Origin: Vicugna vicugna
Taxonomy: Eukaryota
DNA length: 64,000 bases
Assembly (NCBI GenBank): GCA_013265495.1
Contig: MU058781.1
Location: forward strand, 600,963 to 664,962
Direction: 5' to 3'
Shown: positions 36,121 to 49,700 of the stretch, in pieces
Position numbering within the stretch: position 1 is the first letter of the stretch
Layout: every line of letters starts with the position of its first letter
Notes under the pieces: model-generated
Databases searched by the model: none
What the model was told of the DNA's origin: nothing
The model's input: the letters and a program-made list of their open reading frames with translations, nothing else
Made by a program: the position numbers and the translations under genes

Positions 36121-37174
36121 GATCATCTGAGGTGTACTTTGCTGAACGGATCTACTTCCAATCTCAGTGGCTTAACACTGAAGTATTTCCTGTTCATATT
36201 TCCTGTTCAGTGTTGCGTTTTAGGTTGTTGGGCAGCAATAAGTAAATGATACAGGGAGAATACGGGATAGTGATGTGGAAGCCAACAGGGGCAGTGCCTT
36301 TTCCACATGCTTCCTGGGCAACAGTCTCCATTCACCTTGCCCACTGGACTGGAAGTGCACGCCCTTCTGCTTCCACCTGCTCAGTCCTAGGCTGCCCTCA
36401 CATTTTCGTGTCTATATCTGCTTCTATCAGTGGCTCTTACTATTGTAATTATGTACTCTAATTATCACGTAATTAGAACACTCATGAGTACAAAAAGATA
36501 AACCAAATGCTAAACTGTTTCTTCAAAAATACATTTTACCATTTTTTTAAACAGTATAGAAAATTAATTCATTTTTTTTGCTGTCATATGTGAGGAAATT
36601 TAATAAGAATCTAGAATTCGTTTCTGAAGTTAATGCACAAATTCATGGTTTACCTTAATAAACCAAAGTGTGAACTTAAAAAATTGCGTTATGTGACTTA
36701 CCCCAGGAGGAAAAACAGGAAACTCAAGTAAACGGACCCAAGCACTAATAATTGACCTCACATTGAAATGACTGCAGAATAATTATTGCAGCATTATCTT
36801 TATATGCACATGTTTTAAGTTAAAACAACAGTATTTAAAGGATATGTGGTTTAACTTCTGTGTGCACTTTGAAGGAACTCCTTCAAGCTGCTAGTCAGCG
36901 ATTCCTCCTGAATTAACTGGGAAAGGGAGCTTCCACCACTCCATGTACATGGAACACACACCAGCTGGTCACCCATTCTGAGTCCTTGGAGGGCCTTAGC
37001 TGTCTTGGGTTTTTCTCTAGGAAGAATGGGGCCTAAACAGTAACAGAACATTACACTCCAAGACTTGGTTTTCAATTTAAACTATTATGGGGGTTGTTTC
37101 TAAGAAATAAACAAAAATAGGCCAGATTTTCCAGATTTTGACCAAAATTTTTTTTGATAAATTGTTTGCTTATT

Positions 37175-40100
37175 CAAAAGCTTTATTAAGGTAAAATTTA
37201 CAAGCCAAAAAAAATGGGCCCATTGTGAGCATACAGTTGAATGATCCCTAGCAAATTGAGAGTTGGGCAACCATTACCATATGTAGTTTGGGAACATTTT
37301 TATCACTTCAAAAATTTCCTCACTCCCCTTCACAGCCAATCTCTGCACCCACTCCCAGCCCCAGGCCACCCCCGATCTGCTTTCTGCCACTATAAATTTG
37401 AGTTTCCTGGACATACCGTATAAATGGGACACCGTGGTATGTGCTCTCTCGCTGTAACTTGCTGTAATGTTTTTGAGGTTTATCCGTGTTTTAGCATATA
37501 ATGTAAAATGTGATATATTGAGTTTTCATTTTCATTCAGTTCAAAATGCTTTCTAGTTTCCCTTGCAATTTCTTATTTGAGTATGGATTATTTAGAAGTG
37601 TGTTGTCTAATTTCCAAATATTTAGGGATTTCCCAAATTTCTTTCTGTTGCCCATATATAATTTTATTTCATTGTGGTTGGAGAACATATTTTGAATAAT
37701 TTCAGTCCATTTAAAGTATACTGAGAGTTGTTTTATAACCTAGCATTTGGTTTGGTCTAGCTTAGAGACTATTCTACATGTGTTTTTTTTTTTTTTAATT
37801 GTGTTCCAAAGTTCCTTTGTATACTGTTCTATAAACATCAGTTGGGTCATGGTGGTGACAGTATTGTTAAAGTGTACTATTTATTCTCTGTCTAGTTCTA
37901 TGACGAAATATCGAGGTTAGGATATTGAATTCTGATTATGATGGTTGAATTGTCTATTTCACCTTACCTCTGGTAACATTTTTGTGTGTGTGTGTGTTAG
38001 AGCCTATTTTTTCTGGTGTTAACATAGATACTCCAGCTCTCTTATGGCTGCTGTTTCCATAGTATATCTTTTTCTGTCCTTTACATATAACCTATTTGTG
38101 CCTCTGATTCTAATGTGCTTTTCTTGTAGACAGTTGGATCTTGATTTTTTTTCATCCAGGGTTACAATCTGTGCTTCCTGATTAGAGTGCTTTGTTCATT
38201 TTCATTTAATGGGATTACTGATATGGATGGAGTTTTCTTCTGATTTCTCATTTATTTTCTATGTCTAATTTTTGTTCCCCTTTTATTGCTTTAGTTTATG
38301 TTAAAAATGTATTTTTTTGTGTAAAATTTTGGTGTCCTGTAGACTTTTTCAGTTAGTTTTATAGTATTTGCTCCAGGGATTACACTGTGTGTCTTGACTT
38401 TTCACAATCTACGTTCGGTTAACACTGACTTATTTCTAGTAAAATGCAGCAACTTTTCTCCAGTATAGCTCCATTTCCTTTCCATTCCTTACAGTGCTGA
38501 TTGTTGTATATGTATTACATGTGTATGTGTTACAAAGCCATGAAATATAATGCTATGTTTACTGCGTATGGCTTTGAAATAATTTTTAAGTGAAAAAAAA
38601 TGATTGTGCACTCTTCTATAGTTACCCTATATTTTCCATTTCCACTGCTCTTTGTGTCTTTTTCCTGATTTGAGTTTACCATTTGGTGTACTTCTTTCAG
38701 TCTGGAGGACTTTGTTTAGTGTTCCATCTAAAGCTGTTCTTCCAGTAGTCAGTTCGCCTGGCCATGCTTTGTCTAGGAGTGACTTTGTTCTTCCTTCATT
38801 TTTAAAGAGCAGTATTGTTGAAGGTAGAATTTTGGTTGACAAGTTTATTTTGTTTTTAGGACTTTAGTTCTGCCATTTCACTACTTCCAGGCCTCCATTG
38901 TGTTTGATAAAAAGTCAGCTTTTAATTTTGCTGATGTTCTTGTGCACACAAGTCAATTTTTTCTTGATGCTTTTAGGATTTTCTCTCTTTTGTCTTTCTC
39001 TTTCAGCAGTTTATCCATGATGTGTATTTATCCTTTGTGGTTTATTGAATCTCTTGAATCTGTATAGTAATTTCTTTCCTCCAGTTGTGGAAATTATAAG
39101 CATTTGTTCCTTACATACTTTTCCTGCCCCTTCCTCTCTATCTTTCTTTCTGGAACTTCTGTTACACCTGTTTATCGGCAGGCTTGCAGTTGTCCTACAA
39201 GTCTGATTCTCTGTTCGTTTTTATTCAGTCTTTTTGCTTCTGGTTTTCAGTTTGGATAATTTCTGGAGTTCTTTCTTTAGGCTCAGAGAGTCTCGCTTCT
39301 GCTCTCTCTTACCTGCTGTTGAGCTCATGTAGGAAGTTTTTCATCTTAGGTTTTGTACTTTTCAACCTCAGAATTTCCACTTGGTTCTTTTTATACTTTC
39401 CATTCTTCATTATTATTTCTATTTGTTGATCCATCATTGTTGTATGTTCCTTTAATTCTTTGAATATGCATATGTATTATAGCTGTTCTGAAGACTTTGA
39501 AAAAACAACATTTTTACCCACTCATATGCAATTTTTGTTACTTTTTCCCTCTCTGTATTGCTTACACTTTCCTGTTTGCATGCTCTATAATTTTTGACTG
39601 AAAACATTGAAATTTTAGATAGTTTATTGAAGCTACTCTTGTGATTGTTTCTGTTTTGTTCTTTTTTTTTTTTCTAGAAATTTGCCGGGACTATATCTGT
39701 GTGGTTGTTCTTTCCTTACAGTATGTGACCACTGTCTCTCTCTTCATTTTTTTTAAAAATTATTACTATTTTTATTTTATGGCCTCACATCCTAAGTGTC
39801 ACACCAGTGTCGGCATGATTTCCTGGTGAGCCACGTTTGGCCAGATTTTGTGCTCAAGCACGTCATGCCAGGAGGGCTTCCAGCCTCTCCTGCTAGGTCT
39901 GGACGTGGCTTGAGGCATGCATTTAAATGGTATACAGCCTCCCAGTCAGCCAGACCTATGCAGGGAGCTGACTTAGTCCCTCTGTGGTCGCCTTATATGC
40001 AATGTCTCCGGGTTACATGGCTACTTACCATTCTGCTGCTCACCCAAAGCAGAACTCTACTTCATTGTTTTCCCTTTTTGTTTCCTACTGAGTTCATTGC

Positions 40101-40445
40101 TTTTATTGACAGTGCCCCCAGGTATAGGATTTTTGCCTTGTGCCAGATCAGATTAGCCCTGTCTAGCAACAGAGCTGCTCATTTGTCCAGCCAGCCCTGT
40201 CTTAACAGCACTCCTACCTCAGCTGAACTGGAGGAAGGGGAAAATGGGACATCCCCAGGCGGAATTTCCCGGGAAAGTACACCCTTCACTGTCACCTGGA
40301 GCTGGAGGACTTTTCATGAATAAATGCCTTCCCATTTGCTTTTTCCAGAGCTGTGGCGTGACCATTTTTGACAATTTTGTCCAGTGTCATAGTAGTTTTG
40401 GGAGAAGAGGAATTGCTGACATCTCCTCACACTAAAAGTTCCCAG
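37175..40445 (-). mobile_element. Old L1 (L1MB-type 3' end adjacent to ORF2-endonuclease, ORF1 and 5' region; RT portion absent)
   Basis: 3' UTR at about 37175-37500 (aacatttttatcacttcaaaaa...ctcccagccccaggc); endonuclease region from about 37500; ORF1-like reverse peptides at 38627-38842. Confidence 0.85.
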
Positions 40446-41289
40446 TCTTGTCCACATTTAAAGAAATACTGACCTGGAGCTTTCTATGTACGGAACATTA
40501 CTTCTGCAATGCTTCTGTGAGGTCCTGCCTCTCATACGTGCTAGCTACAGCTTTCAGTTGAAGCCTGTTTCACATCGGACTTGGTGCCCTCTTCTCTCTC
40601 TGTGCTTGCCATCAAATCTTAGGACAAACATTTCACATCTTTTGCCTGACCAATAACTAAGTGGTATTTTGAGTGATGGCCTTCTGGAGCTGCGAAGAAT
40701 GTAAAATAGGTTCTCCACCCATCACGATAGAGTCACAGTCACCTGGACTGTATAGATACTTAAATCGTGTCACCATTAAATGAAAAACAGCTTCTCAGTC
40801 CTTTGGTATTTCTGATTCTCTCTGGGGGAAAAATACTGGGCCATCACTGTTTGCCCAATGACAAGAAAAGGGTGCCTGCTGCAATGAATTGGTAGTTGAC
40901 TGCTGAAGACCCTTATTGTGCCTGGAACCTGTCTTTCAAACCCCTGTAGTGTTCCTTTGATAAAAATATTTCTGTGGTTAAAAATAAGGGATCGCCTCTG
41001 GGGCAAATAGATGATTAGGACTATCAGCTATGTAAGGAGGGAAATACCTCAAAGACAAAGTTCTGGGCCAGAACTTTTAGTAGTCCTGTTAGAGCTAAAT
41101 AGGCTTGTGCTTTTAAAAGATTCTGTGAGTAGATAGAGAAAAGATTGACTGAGTATTGTGAAATAATTGGGTAGCAGAAGCCTGCACAATTGGTTGGTGC
41201 GTCAGACACATCACCTTTTGGCCTTATGGTAATTAGGGGTTGTGCTTGTGAGAGCCAGCGACCTCTCAGTAAAGGGACTGTCTCTAAGG

Positions 41290-41600
41290 GAACCAGTGTT
41301 TCCCAAATTCCTTTAAGACAGGGGGGAAGGAAGTTTATGTGAAGGAACAGAAGGATAGAGGTGCTTGCTGACAGATGGAGGCTCCAGAGGACACTGTCAG
41401 ACATGACAGAGCAAGGGAAGTTGGCAAAAAAATGAGACGAGGGACAAAAATTCTGCAAATGAAAATATACCCTGAAGGCCTGGCATTTGGGAATGAGGGT
41501 AAGAAAAAATTTTCTCCTGTCCAAGACACATAATCACAAGGAAAAAAAAGAAAAAGAAAAAAAACTATAGTGTCTTCTTAAATACTTAAGGGTACCTTGA
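41290..41600 (+). mobile_element. Possible L3/CR1 RT-region fragment
   Basis: gaaggcctggcatttggga and gtcttcttaaatacttaagggt resemble L3; weak. Confidence 0.3.
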
Positions 41601-44482
41601 AAGGAATAAGCAGATCACTACGAATGAGTAATTCACCATCATCAGTATCATCATATTCTTATTATACTAAGTGAATCACTATTTGGGAGTATTAAAACGC
41701 CCAGTGTGACTAACAAAGTTTACTTTCATGTTTCAATGTATGTCGTTAATGTGGAAAACCAAATGTATACCTGGGGAGGCTTCCTTCTCAGGTGATGCCT
41801 CTCTACCACCTGTCCAACAATTCATTGTAGCCCTGGGGCACTTTCAGAGGCAGCTATTTGTACTAAAAGGGAACTAATGAATAGTGCAAATGCCACTGAA
41901 GAAATGAGCGTGCCTTATCAGAAGGCACAGATGTTAACTTATCAGATGCAAAGAAAGGAGAGGAAACCCTTACTAATTGGATCCTGTTCTCCCTCTGTCA
42001 GCTTCGCTTAAGGAGACGTTTAACCAGCACACAGCTGGAATTTGGAAGTTCTCTTTAAACAAGACTCCACAAAACCAAGCTGGCGTAGAGTGCTGTTGTG
42101 TCTAACGCCTGTTTCTTTTTTTTTCTTTCTAGCTTGGTTTGCCTGTTAACGTGAAAATGTAGCATTGGAGTATTTTATTAAGCAAACAGGAAAAATTTCC
42201 AAAAGATACGAAAGCTTAGGGAATTGACACTAAGAATAAAATTGTTGGGTTTCCAGTCTCAAACTGATTTAACCAGGGAAGGAATGTTCCCAAGCCACCT
42301 CACTTTGCAACTGAGTGTGAATCAGGTAACTCATGGCTGCCCTGTTACAGCTGGTCACATGGTCAGCATGCCATGTATCAGACTGGCCTATTCAGTGACT
42401 CAGCTAAGTATGCCAGGCAGTTTTCAAAAGTGTCTCGTCCTTATGGTTTATTTAACATATTCCTCGAAAAACGTTGATTTTCCTGGCCTGGCCACACATA
42501 AAGAATATAAATTTCATGAGAGGTTTGACTTGAGTGCCTAGCAGAGTTTCTGACTTGTAAGTTGCCGCCTCTTTCCTTGGATTCATGCTCTCATTTTCAT
42601 GTTTACTTGCTGGTTTAAAAACGTTACATTGACCATGTGTGGTGTTCACATGTTCATATTTTGGACAACCTTAATCCTTTTACTCTTGTTTAATTATTCT
42701 TAAGTTCAAAAAACTATTTTTGTGTAAAACTAAAACTTCATTGAAAAAGAATATGCCAGGAAGAAATTTGAAATAAAAAGCTAATATTCTAGTTTAAAAA
42801 ATATTTACTCCACCAGTAAAGAGCATGAGACCTTTACTTCCATCACCTTAAACAGCTAATGATTCGATAAATATTGAATAGTAGAACTCTGACAGAATTT
42901 TCAGAAGTAATAATCTTCTTTTATAACCTCAGAGGAGCCACAGACCAGTAACACCGACAACTACTCTCCCACGTCTTCCAGTACCTGAATGTGCACCTGC
43001 CCCAGTAGGTAGACAAACCTGGGGAAGTAGAAAGGCAGGCTCCTGAGGACAGTGGCCACTGGGGTCGATGGCTTCTGAATCAGGTGTGGAGAAATTAGCT
43101 TTCCTGGCCAGCATTTGGAACAGAAGCGTAAAGCAGTCCTGTGTAGCAGTCAGTGTACTCCTGTGATTACAGGAAAACTGTAAAATGTGTGTTAACTGGA
43201 ATGCTCTCTGAACTGCACTGTGTATGGCTTTTAAGCAGTTCTGGGTGGAGATGCAGAGTATAGAATTCACTGCTTCCCAGGATGTACTGTACAACCCAAA
43301 GTATACAGCTCAACTTTTTCCCCAGCTTTATAGAGATATTACAGACATATATTTAAGTTTTAGTTGTACAATGTGATTGTATGTTTTACGTGTGTATATA
43401 TGTATACATAATATTTTCTGTGGGCTTATCAGATATACATTTATACACACACACACACATACACATAAAAATGATTACCAGAATAAGGTTAGTTAACATC
43501 TCCACCCCTTCATATAATCATGATTTTGTATGTGTGTGGTGATAACGTTTAAGATCCATCTACTCTCTTAGCAGCTTTGAAGGATAGAATACAGTATTAT
43601 TAATTGTGTTCATCATGCAGTTTTATCTTATAGCTGGGACTTAGTACCTTTTGACCAACATTTCCTCATTTCCCCACTGCCAAGCCCCTACTGTCCTACT
43701 CTTTATTTTTATGAGTGCAACTTTTTCTAAAGAGTCTGAATAGAAGTAGGAACATACAGTGTTTGTCTTTCTCTGTCTCTGTTATTTCACTAGCATAGTG
43801 CCATCAAGATCTATCCATGTTGTTGCAAATGGCAGAATTTCCTTTTTTAAATACCTGAATAATATTTCATTGTATATATACTTTTTTTCATTTTTCATTT
43901 TTTGGAGGGAGTTTGAAAAGAACTGATGTTAATTCTTCCTTAAAAGTTTCACAGAATTCATCAGTGAAACCGTCTGATGTTTGGTTTGCTTTGTTGGAAA
44001 GTTTTTGACAATTGATCTAATTTCTTTGCTCATTATTGCTATGTTCAGATTTTCTGTTTGTTGCTGATTCTGTCTTTGTAAGTTATGTATTTCTGTGAAT
44101 TTATCCATTTCTTCTAGTTTACCCACTTTATTGGCATGTGGCTCATAGTAGTCTCTTTTGATCTTTTGTATATGTCATATCACTTGTATGTCTCCTCTCA
44201 TATTGTTGATTTTTATTTATTTATTTGAGCTTCTATTCTTAGCTCAGGTATAGCTACTCCAGCTTGCTTTTAGTTTCCATTTGCATGGAATATATTTTTC
44301 CATGCTTTTCCTTTCAACCTGTCTGTGTCCTTAAAGCTGAAGTGAGTCTCTTGTAAGCAGCATATAGTTGTGTCTTGTTTTTTTTTCCAATCTATTCATC
44401 TACTGTATGTCTTTTGATTGATGGATGTATTCCATTTACGTTTAAAGAAATTATTGATAGATAAGAACTGACTATGTCATAT

Positions 44483-45141
44483 TGTTGTCGATAGATGCAA
44501 CCGGTGTTCCAGGTTCTTGTCCCGTCCCAGAACGAATTCAGAGACAAGACTTAGAGGTTAAAAAAAACAAAGTAAAATGAGAATTTATTAAAGGATGGAT
44601 AATACACTCTCAGGGGGAGTGGGCAGACTCAGGTGAGCGGCTGCCCTGAGTTTCTTTGGCAAGTTAGTTACATTGGGTGTAAAAATGAATGGGCGGAATA
44701 TTCACTGGGGAGGAAAGGGTTTGGGGTCGTATTCCCTGATTGTCATCCCAACTCCACCTTCCCAAAGGGAGGAGGGATTTTTGTCTTTATTTAGTCTGGA
44801 TCGGAAGTGTCATGGCGTCGGTGCATGATGGGTACTTCTGATCTGCAAGGCTAATTTTATTGAAATGGCATAATGAGCAAAAGGTTACATTCGGACACTA
44901 GAAATTCCTGCCTTTTCTCACCTTTCTTTGTTCTTCTCCAGGCCACTTGTCACCCCAAAAGGCATGATCCCTTATCAGCCCCAAGGTTCCTGCTTTTCTT
45001 TCTCGGCCCAAGGACCCCTGGTGCTCACATGATGTGTGGTTTCCTGCACTTGGCCTGCACCCCTCCTTTCTGCCCAGTTCCTGCCATTTGGTCTGTGTCC
45101 CCCTTTCTCTGCTCATGTCTAGCTATCTGCCTGCTATAACA
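44483..45141 (-). mobile_element. Solo ERV1-class LTR nested in L1
   Basis: TG...CA ends (tgttgtcg...ctataaca); near-TSD ATAT/ATCT; minus-strand AATAAA at about 44585; CpGs retained; L1 sequence resumes on both sides. Confidence 0.85.
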
Positions 45142-46981
45142 ATCTTGCTGATTCTTTTCTACTTGTTTGTAGTTCCATGTTTCTTTCCTCATCTTTTGCT
45201 GCGTTCTTTGTGGGTTGACTATTTTTCATAGTGGTATGCTTTAATTCCTTTATCTTTTAATGACTCTACTGTAGGATTTTGCTTTGTGATATTCCTCAGG
45301 TTTACATAAAACATTTGTAACAGGCTACTTTATGTTGATAATGTCACTGTATACAAAACTCTACTCTTTTACCTCTCTCTCCTGTAGTATGTTTTTGATA
45401 TCGTACTTTACCTCTTTTTTTATTGTGTATCCATACAAATTATTGTAGCCACAATTATTCTTAATATTTTTGTCCTACCTTTATATTAGAGTTCAGTGAT
45501 TATTGCCATCATATAATAATATTAGAATATTCTGAATTTGACTATACGCTTAACTTGACCAGCGTATTTTATATTTTCATATACTTTCTTGTTACTAGTT
45601 CTCATCCTTTTATTTCAACTTGAAAAACTTCTTTCAGCATTTCTTGTGGGTAGATTTAGTGGTAATTAATTCCCTCAGCTTTGATTTGTTTGGGAAAACT
45701 TTTATTTATTTATTTATTTATTTAGGTCAATTCTGAAAAACAGCCTCACTGGGTAAAATATTCTTGGTTGGCAGTTTTTTTTATCTCAGCACTTTGAATG
45801 TATTATCCCGCTCTGTCCTAGACGGAAAGGTTTCTGTGAAAAATTCACTGGTAGCCTTACGGGAGTTCCCTTGTATGTGAGAAAGTTAGTTGTGTTTTTT
45901 TTTTTTTTCTCTTGCTTCTTCCAAAGTTGTCTCTTTTTCTCAGATTTTAGGCAGTTTTATTATGAAGAATCTTGAAGAAGATGGTTTTGAGTAGGTTTTA
46001 TGGGGTGACTGTTAGCTTTGTGAACTTGGTTATCAAAATCTCCCCCCAGATTTTGCAAGTTCTCAGGTATTATTTCTTTAAATAAGCCCCCTCCTCCTTT
46101 CTCCCGCTCTCCTCCCTGGGACTCCAGGAATGCACAGATTGTTTCCTTTGTGGTATCCCACAATTCACATAGCTCTCTTCCCCACTTTTCCTTCTGTTTT
46201 CTCTTAGCTTCTCTGACTGATTTCAAAAGACCTGTCCCCTAGTCCACACATTCTTCCTTCTGCTTAGCAGAGTCTGTTCTTGAAGCCCTCTATTGAATTC
46301 TTGCTTTTCTAGTACCACTTAGTTGTCTGTCTGTCTTTTCTTGTAGTTCACTGAGTTTCTGTAAGAGACTTATTCTTTACTCTTTGTCAGGCAGTTTAGG
46401 TCTCCATTTCTTTAGGGTCAGTCATTAGACTTTTATTCATTTCCTTTGGTGGTATCTTGTTTCCTTGACTGTTCATGATCCTTGTGGCCTTGCACTGATG
46501 TTTGCACATTTGAGGATCACTGGCAAATCTCTTCACCAGTCATCCCATCCAGAGATTCTGGGTGGGCAGTCTGGTGGTGCTGGCAAGAAAGCTTGCTGCT
46601 GGAGTCCTTGGGCAGCCTAGTGCTGGAGAGGGTAGGAAGCCTGGGACAGAAGTCCTCACCCTGAACACTGGGTTCATGGGTGCACCACTGAGCCTGAGTT
46701 CGTAGGTATTGACTGGGAGCCAGGGACCACAAGACTCACTCAGGGCTGCAGGGGGCTGTCTGGTATGGGCTGTCAGGATCCTGGGTTTGCTGGTGCTTGC
46801 TGGGAGCTGCCTTGGGCCGTGAGAGCTGGCCAGTGCTGTGGTGAGTCAGGAATGTGGGCTCCCGAGAACCCTCCAGGAGCCTGGTGCCACAGGAGTGGTA
46901 CTGAGTTACGTGGGCCAGGAGCCTGGAGCCTGGGGCCGTGGGAGCTGGCAGATGCTGCCGTGGATGGAAGACCTTGGTTCA

Positions 46982-47000
46982 CTGGCGCCCTCTAGTGGTC
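46982..47000 (-). promoter_or_regulatory. CTCF core motif
   Basis: Minus strand GACCACTAGAGGGCGCCAG matches the CCASYAGRKGGCRS consensus, with its CpG intact. Confidence 0.6.
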
Positions 47001-49638
47001 TGAAGCTTTGGACGCTTTCTCGAGCTGCAAAGGCCATCTCTGGCCACTGGACTCTCTGGGGCTGCTGGGGCTGGCTGGTGTGCCCCGTGGTCAGAAAATG
47101 GAGTTTGCAGGGGCCCTCTGTGATCCTGGAGCCAGTGAAGCTGCTGGAACTGTGGGAGCTGATGGGGGCCAGTAGAACTGTCAGGTGGCCTGGAGGCGAC
47201 AGGGCACAGGTTCCTGTGGGTCTGCCGGGATCCCTGCCAGAGCAGCTGCTAGGAGCTGTGGGAGGTGCCTGGGGCCACCAGAGTGAGCAGGCCCTGGGGT
47301 AAGTGAGTTTCCTGATTTACAGGAGCCAGCTAGGGGCCCAGTGTAGAAGGAGCTACCTGTAAAAGGCTCCCTGGAGCTGGCAGCTTATACAATGAAGGGA
47401 GGACCTGGGTTGGTGGGAGCCCGCAGGGAGCTACCTAGGGCTGCAAAAGTTGACCTGATGCTGGGATAGGCTACCTTTGGAGTGTGCTGTGAAGTCAGGC
47501 ACTACTTTACTCTTTTCTCCCGCAGGGAAGGTGTCCCTTTCCTTGCTGGGTCTTCGAGGCCTGGAGAAGGGGGTGTTGGAGACCTGGGTTCTGGAGGTGC
47601 ACTGGGAGCCTGGTGTCGTCAAAGCTGCACGGGCCTTTTGGAGTCAGTAGGCATGGAGTGAGCCAGTTTCTTGACCTGTTAAGAGCCCGCTGGGAGCTTG
47701 GTGCCATGGGTGCTGCCTGGGGCTGCTGGAGTAGGCAGGCGCCAGGGGCACCTAGAGAAGGGAGTGACCAGGGTGAAAAGGTTCTCCATGGGAAACTGTT
47801 GGGGGCCTGATATCACGGAATTCCTGCTGTGGGAGCTGCCAGGGGCAGTGGAAAGCACCTGGGTCACTGGAGGAGGCGGGCACAAGGTGAGCCAGAGTCT
47901 GGCTTCGGGGAAGCCCAGTGGGAACTTGCTGCCGAGGATGCCCACCTGGGGCCACCAGAATCAGCTGGCAGGTGCCAAGGTGGGGAGTCTGGGTTCAGGG
48001 GAGCCTGCAGAGAGCCACATAGGGCTTTGGGGGTCAGCCTGGCGCTGAGCGGGGCAGGCTCTGGGGTCTGGAGTGAAGCCCAGCACACACTCTGCGCTCC
48101 TTCCCCCGTGGGGAGGGTGTCTCTTCCCAGGCGGGGCTGTCGGGGCTTGGGGGAGGGATTGCCGAGGTTCGGTGAATCTCTCTTTCCTTCCCTCCTCCGT
48201 GCATCCTTTCTTATTTCTGTGCTTCACCCAGATACTGTAATCCCTCACCTGGAATTTTTGATTCTTTTGAAAGTATTTGGTGTGCAGAGTTGTTCAGGTT
48301 GATGGGTTTTTTTGAAGGGCAAGCAGTGGAAGTTCCTGAGCTTCCTTTTTGCTGACATCACTTCTCAGCCTTTTCTTTTATGCTATTTGATTGATTTGCT
48401 CATATTTCTGGAGTGTTACTTCTAAATAGCAATATTTCTAAGGAATCGCATTTTCTACATAATGTCATCTAAATAACGGTATTTCAAAGTTTTAAGTATT
48501 TCATTTATCTTGTCGATCTTTTTGATTGCATGGTTCTCATCTGCCAGGGAATTTGCTAAGAATTCTGAATTGTGTTTCTGTATCCACAGCAGCTCTCCTG
48601 GTGGGCAGAGTGTCAGGAGACCCAGGTTGGACAGCAGACTGGACTGTCTCTGTAGGTGAACCCAGAGGCATCCCTCCTTCAGTACGCAGAAGGATGGAAT
48701 GAGTCAGAATAGAACATTCTGGAGCTGGTTTCTGTTAAATCACATTTAGAACCAGTACGTATGAAATTCAGCCAAATACTATGGCTTCACATTCAATTGA
48801 AATAAATAAATAAAGCTGAGCACCCAGGAAAGAATTTATATTGAACAGTAATCATCAGAGCCTCCAAGTTGTCCATTTAAGGGGGCCAGGTGGGGGAAGG
48901 GGAAGGAGAGTGGAGGAGGTAGGTTTGGGAAACCTCTGTTTTCCACAAATGAGGTCTCTGCGTAGGACAGCTTAGGAAGATCAGAGATGGAATCACTGAA
49001 GCGAATGATCTATCTTATAAATTAGACTTCAACTAGTGTAAAAGCTGCAGAAGTGAGGGACCAATTGTTTTGGTAGCCTGTCGGAAATAATTTCAAAGCT
49101 GACAAGGCATGGAGCAGCGTGGTGTGAGCTCCCAGCCTTCAGCTCTCGTGCTGGGAGAGAAGCAGAGGGCACAGCAGAAAATTATCATCGTGGAAGCTCT
49201 GCTGCCAGATCCTAATGCCCAGCCCTGCCACTCGCTGCATTCTCCACCTCCCTCCCTCTTCTGTGCCCCTCCACCCTCTCCTCGACACCCTCCCTCGGTG
49301 GGTATAGAATTCAGTCTTTTATGGAATCAGAATGAGTTGATATAAGCAATAGCAACAAAAACAACATCAAAAGAAATTACACCACCATCAAACTATCTCA
49401 TAACATCATTAGTGACCTAAATTAAAGCAAGATAATTGCCCCAGCAGACAACAAACAGCCATGAAGAATACTAATAATGCTGAAAGCACCGTTCCAGCGC
49501 TCAGCCGGCAGCCAAGCCTCACAACGGCCCTGCGGTCTGTGTACACGTTAACTGACAAAGCCTTTTTTTCTTAAGTTCGGAAAAATAAAACAAAACCAGT
49601 GAAACTCACCTGGATGCTTTTTTGTTTGTTGTTTTCAG

Positions 49639-49700
49639 GATCCTTCTTGTTAAAGTAATGAAAGCAGAAACGGGACCCTGAAAGCACCGCTGGATTTTGA
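49639..49700 (+). ncRNA. Candidate 62-nt non-coding exon
   Basis: Branch-like CTCAC at 49604, T-rich tract ending ttttcag|, donor TGA|GTAAGT. Confidence 0.35.

Larger units (their letters stand above)
43321..48363 (-). mobile_element. L1 (L1MA9-like 3' end, L1M3-type GC-rich 5' UTR) retaining both ends, internally deleted
   Basis: ORF2 peptide KLEEMDKFTEIHNLQRQNQQQTENLN (43929-44126); ORF1 peptide ELWDTTKET...GEREKG..GLFKEIIPENLQNLG (45960-46226); 5' UTR at about 46.5-48.36 kb; degenerate TSD CTCARCYTTTTC at 43309-43320 and 48364-48375. Confidence 0.9.

Noticed and set aside
35884..36130. ORFs on both strands over the CpG patch, or a processed-pseudogene 5' fragment
   Set aside because: No poly(A) or TSD seen; better explained as a GC-converted MIR
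39796..40323. 175-aa ORF
   Set aside because: Antisense to an old L1 5' region, non-ATG start, no recognisable domain
41024..41524. 166-aa minus-strand ORF
   Set aside because: Non-ATG start, no recognisable homology, and overlaps a possible L3 fragment
46482..48302. Cluster of many overlapping ORFs
   Set aside because: GC-rich repetitive L1 5' UTR with few stop codons
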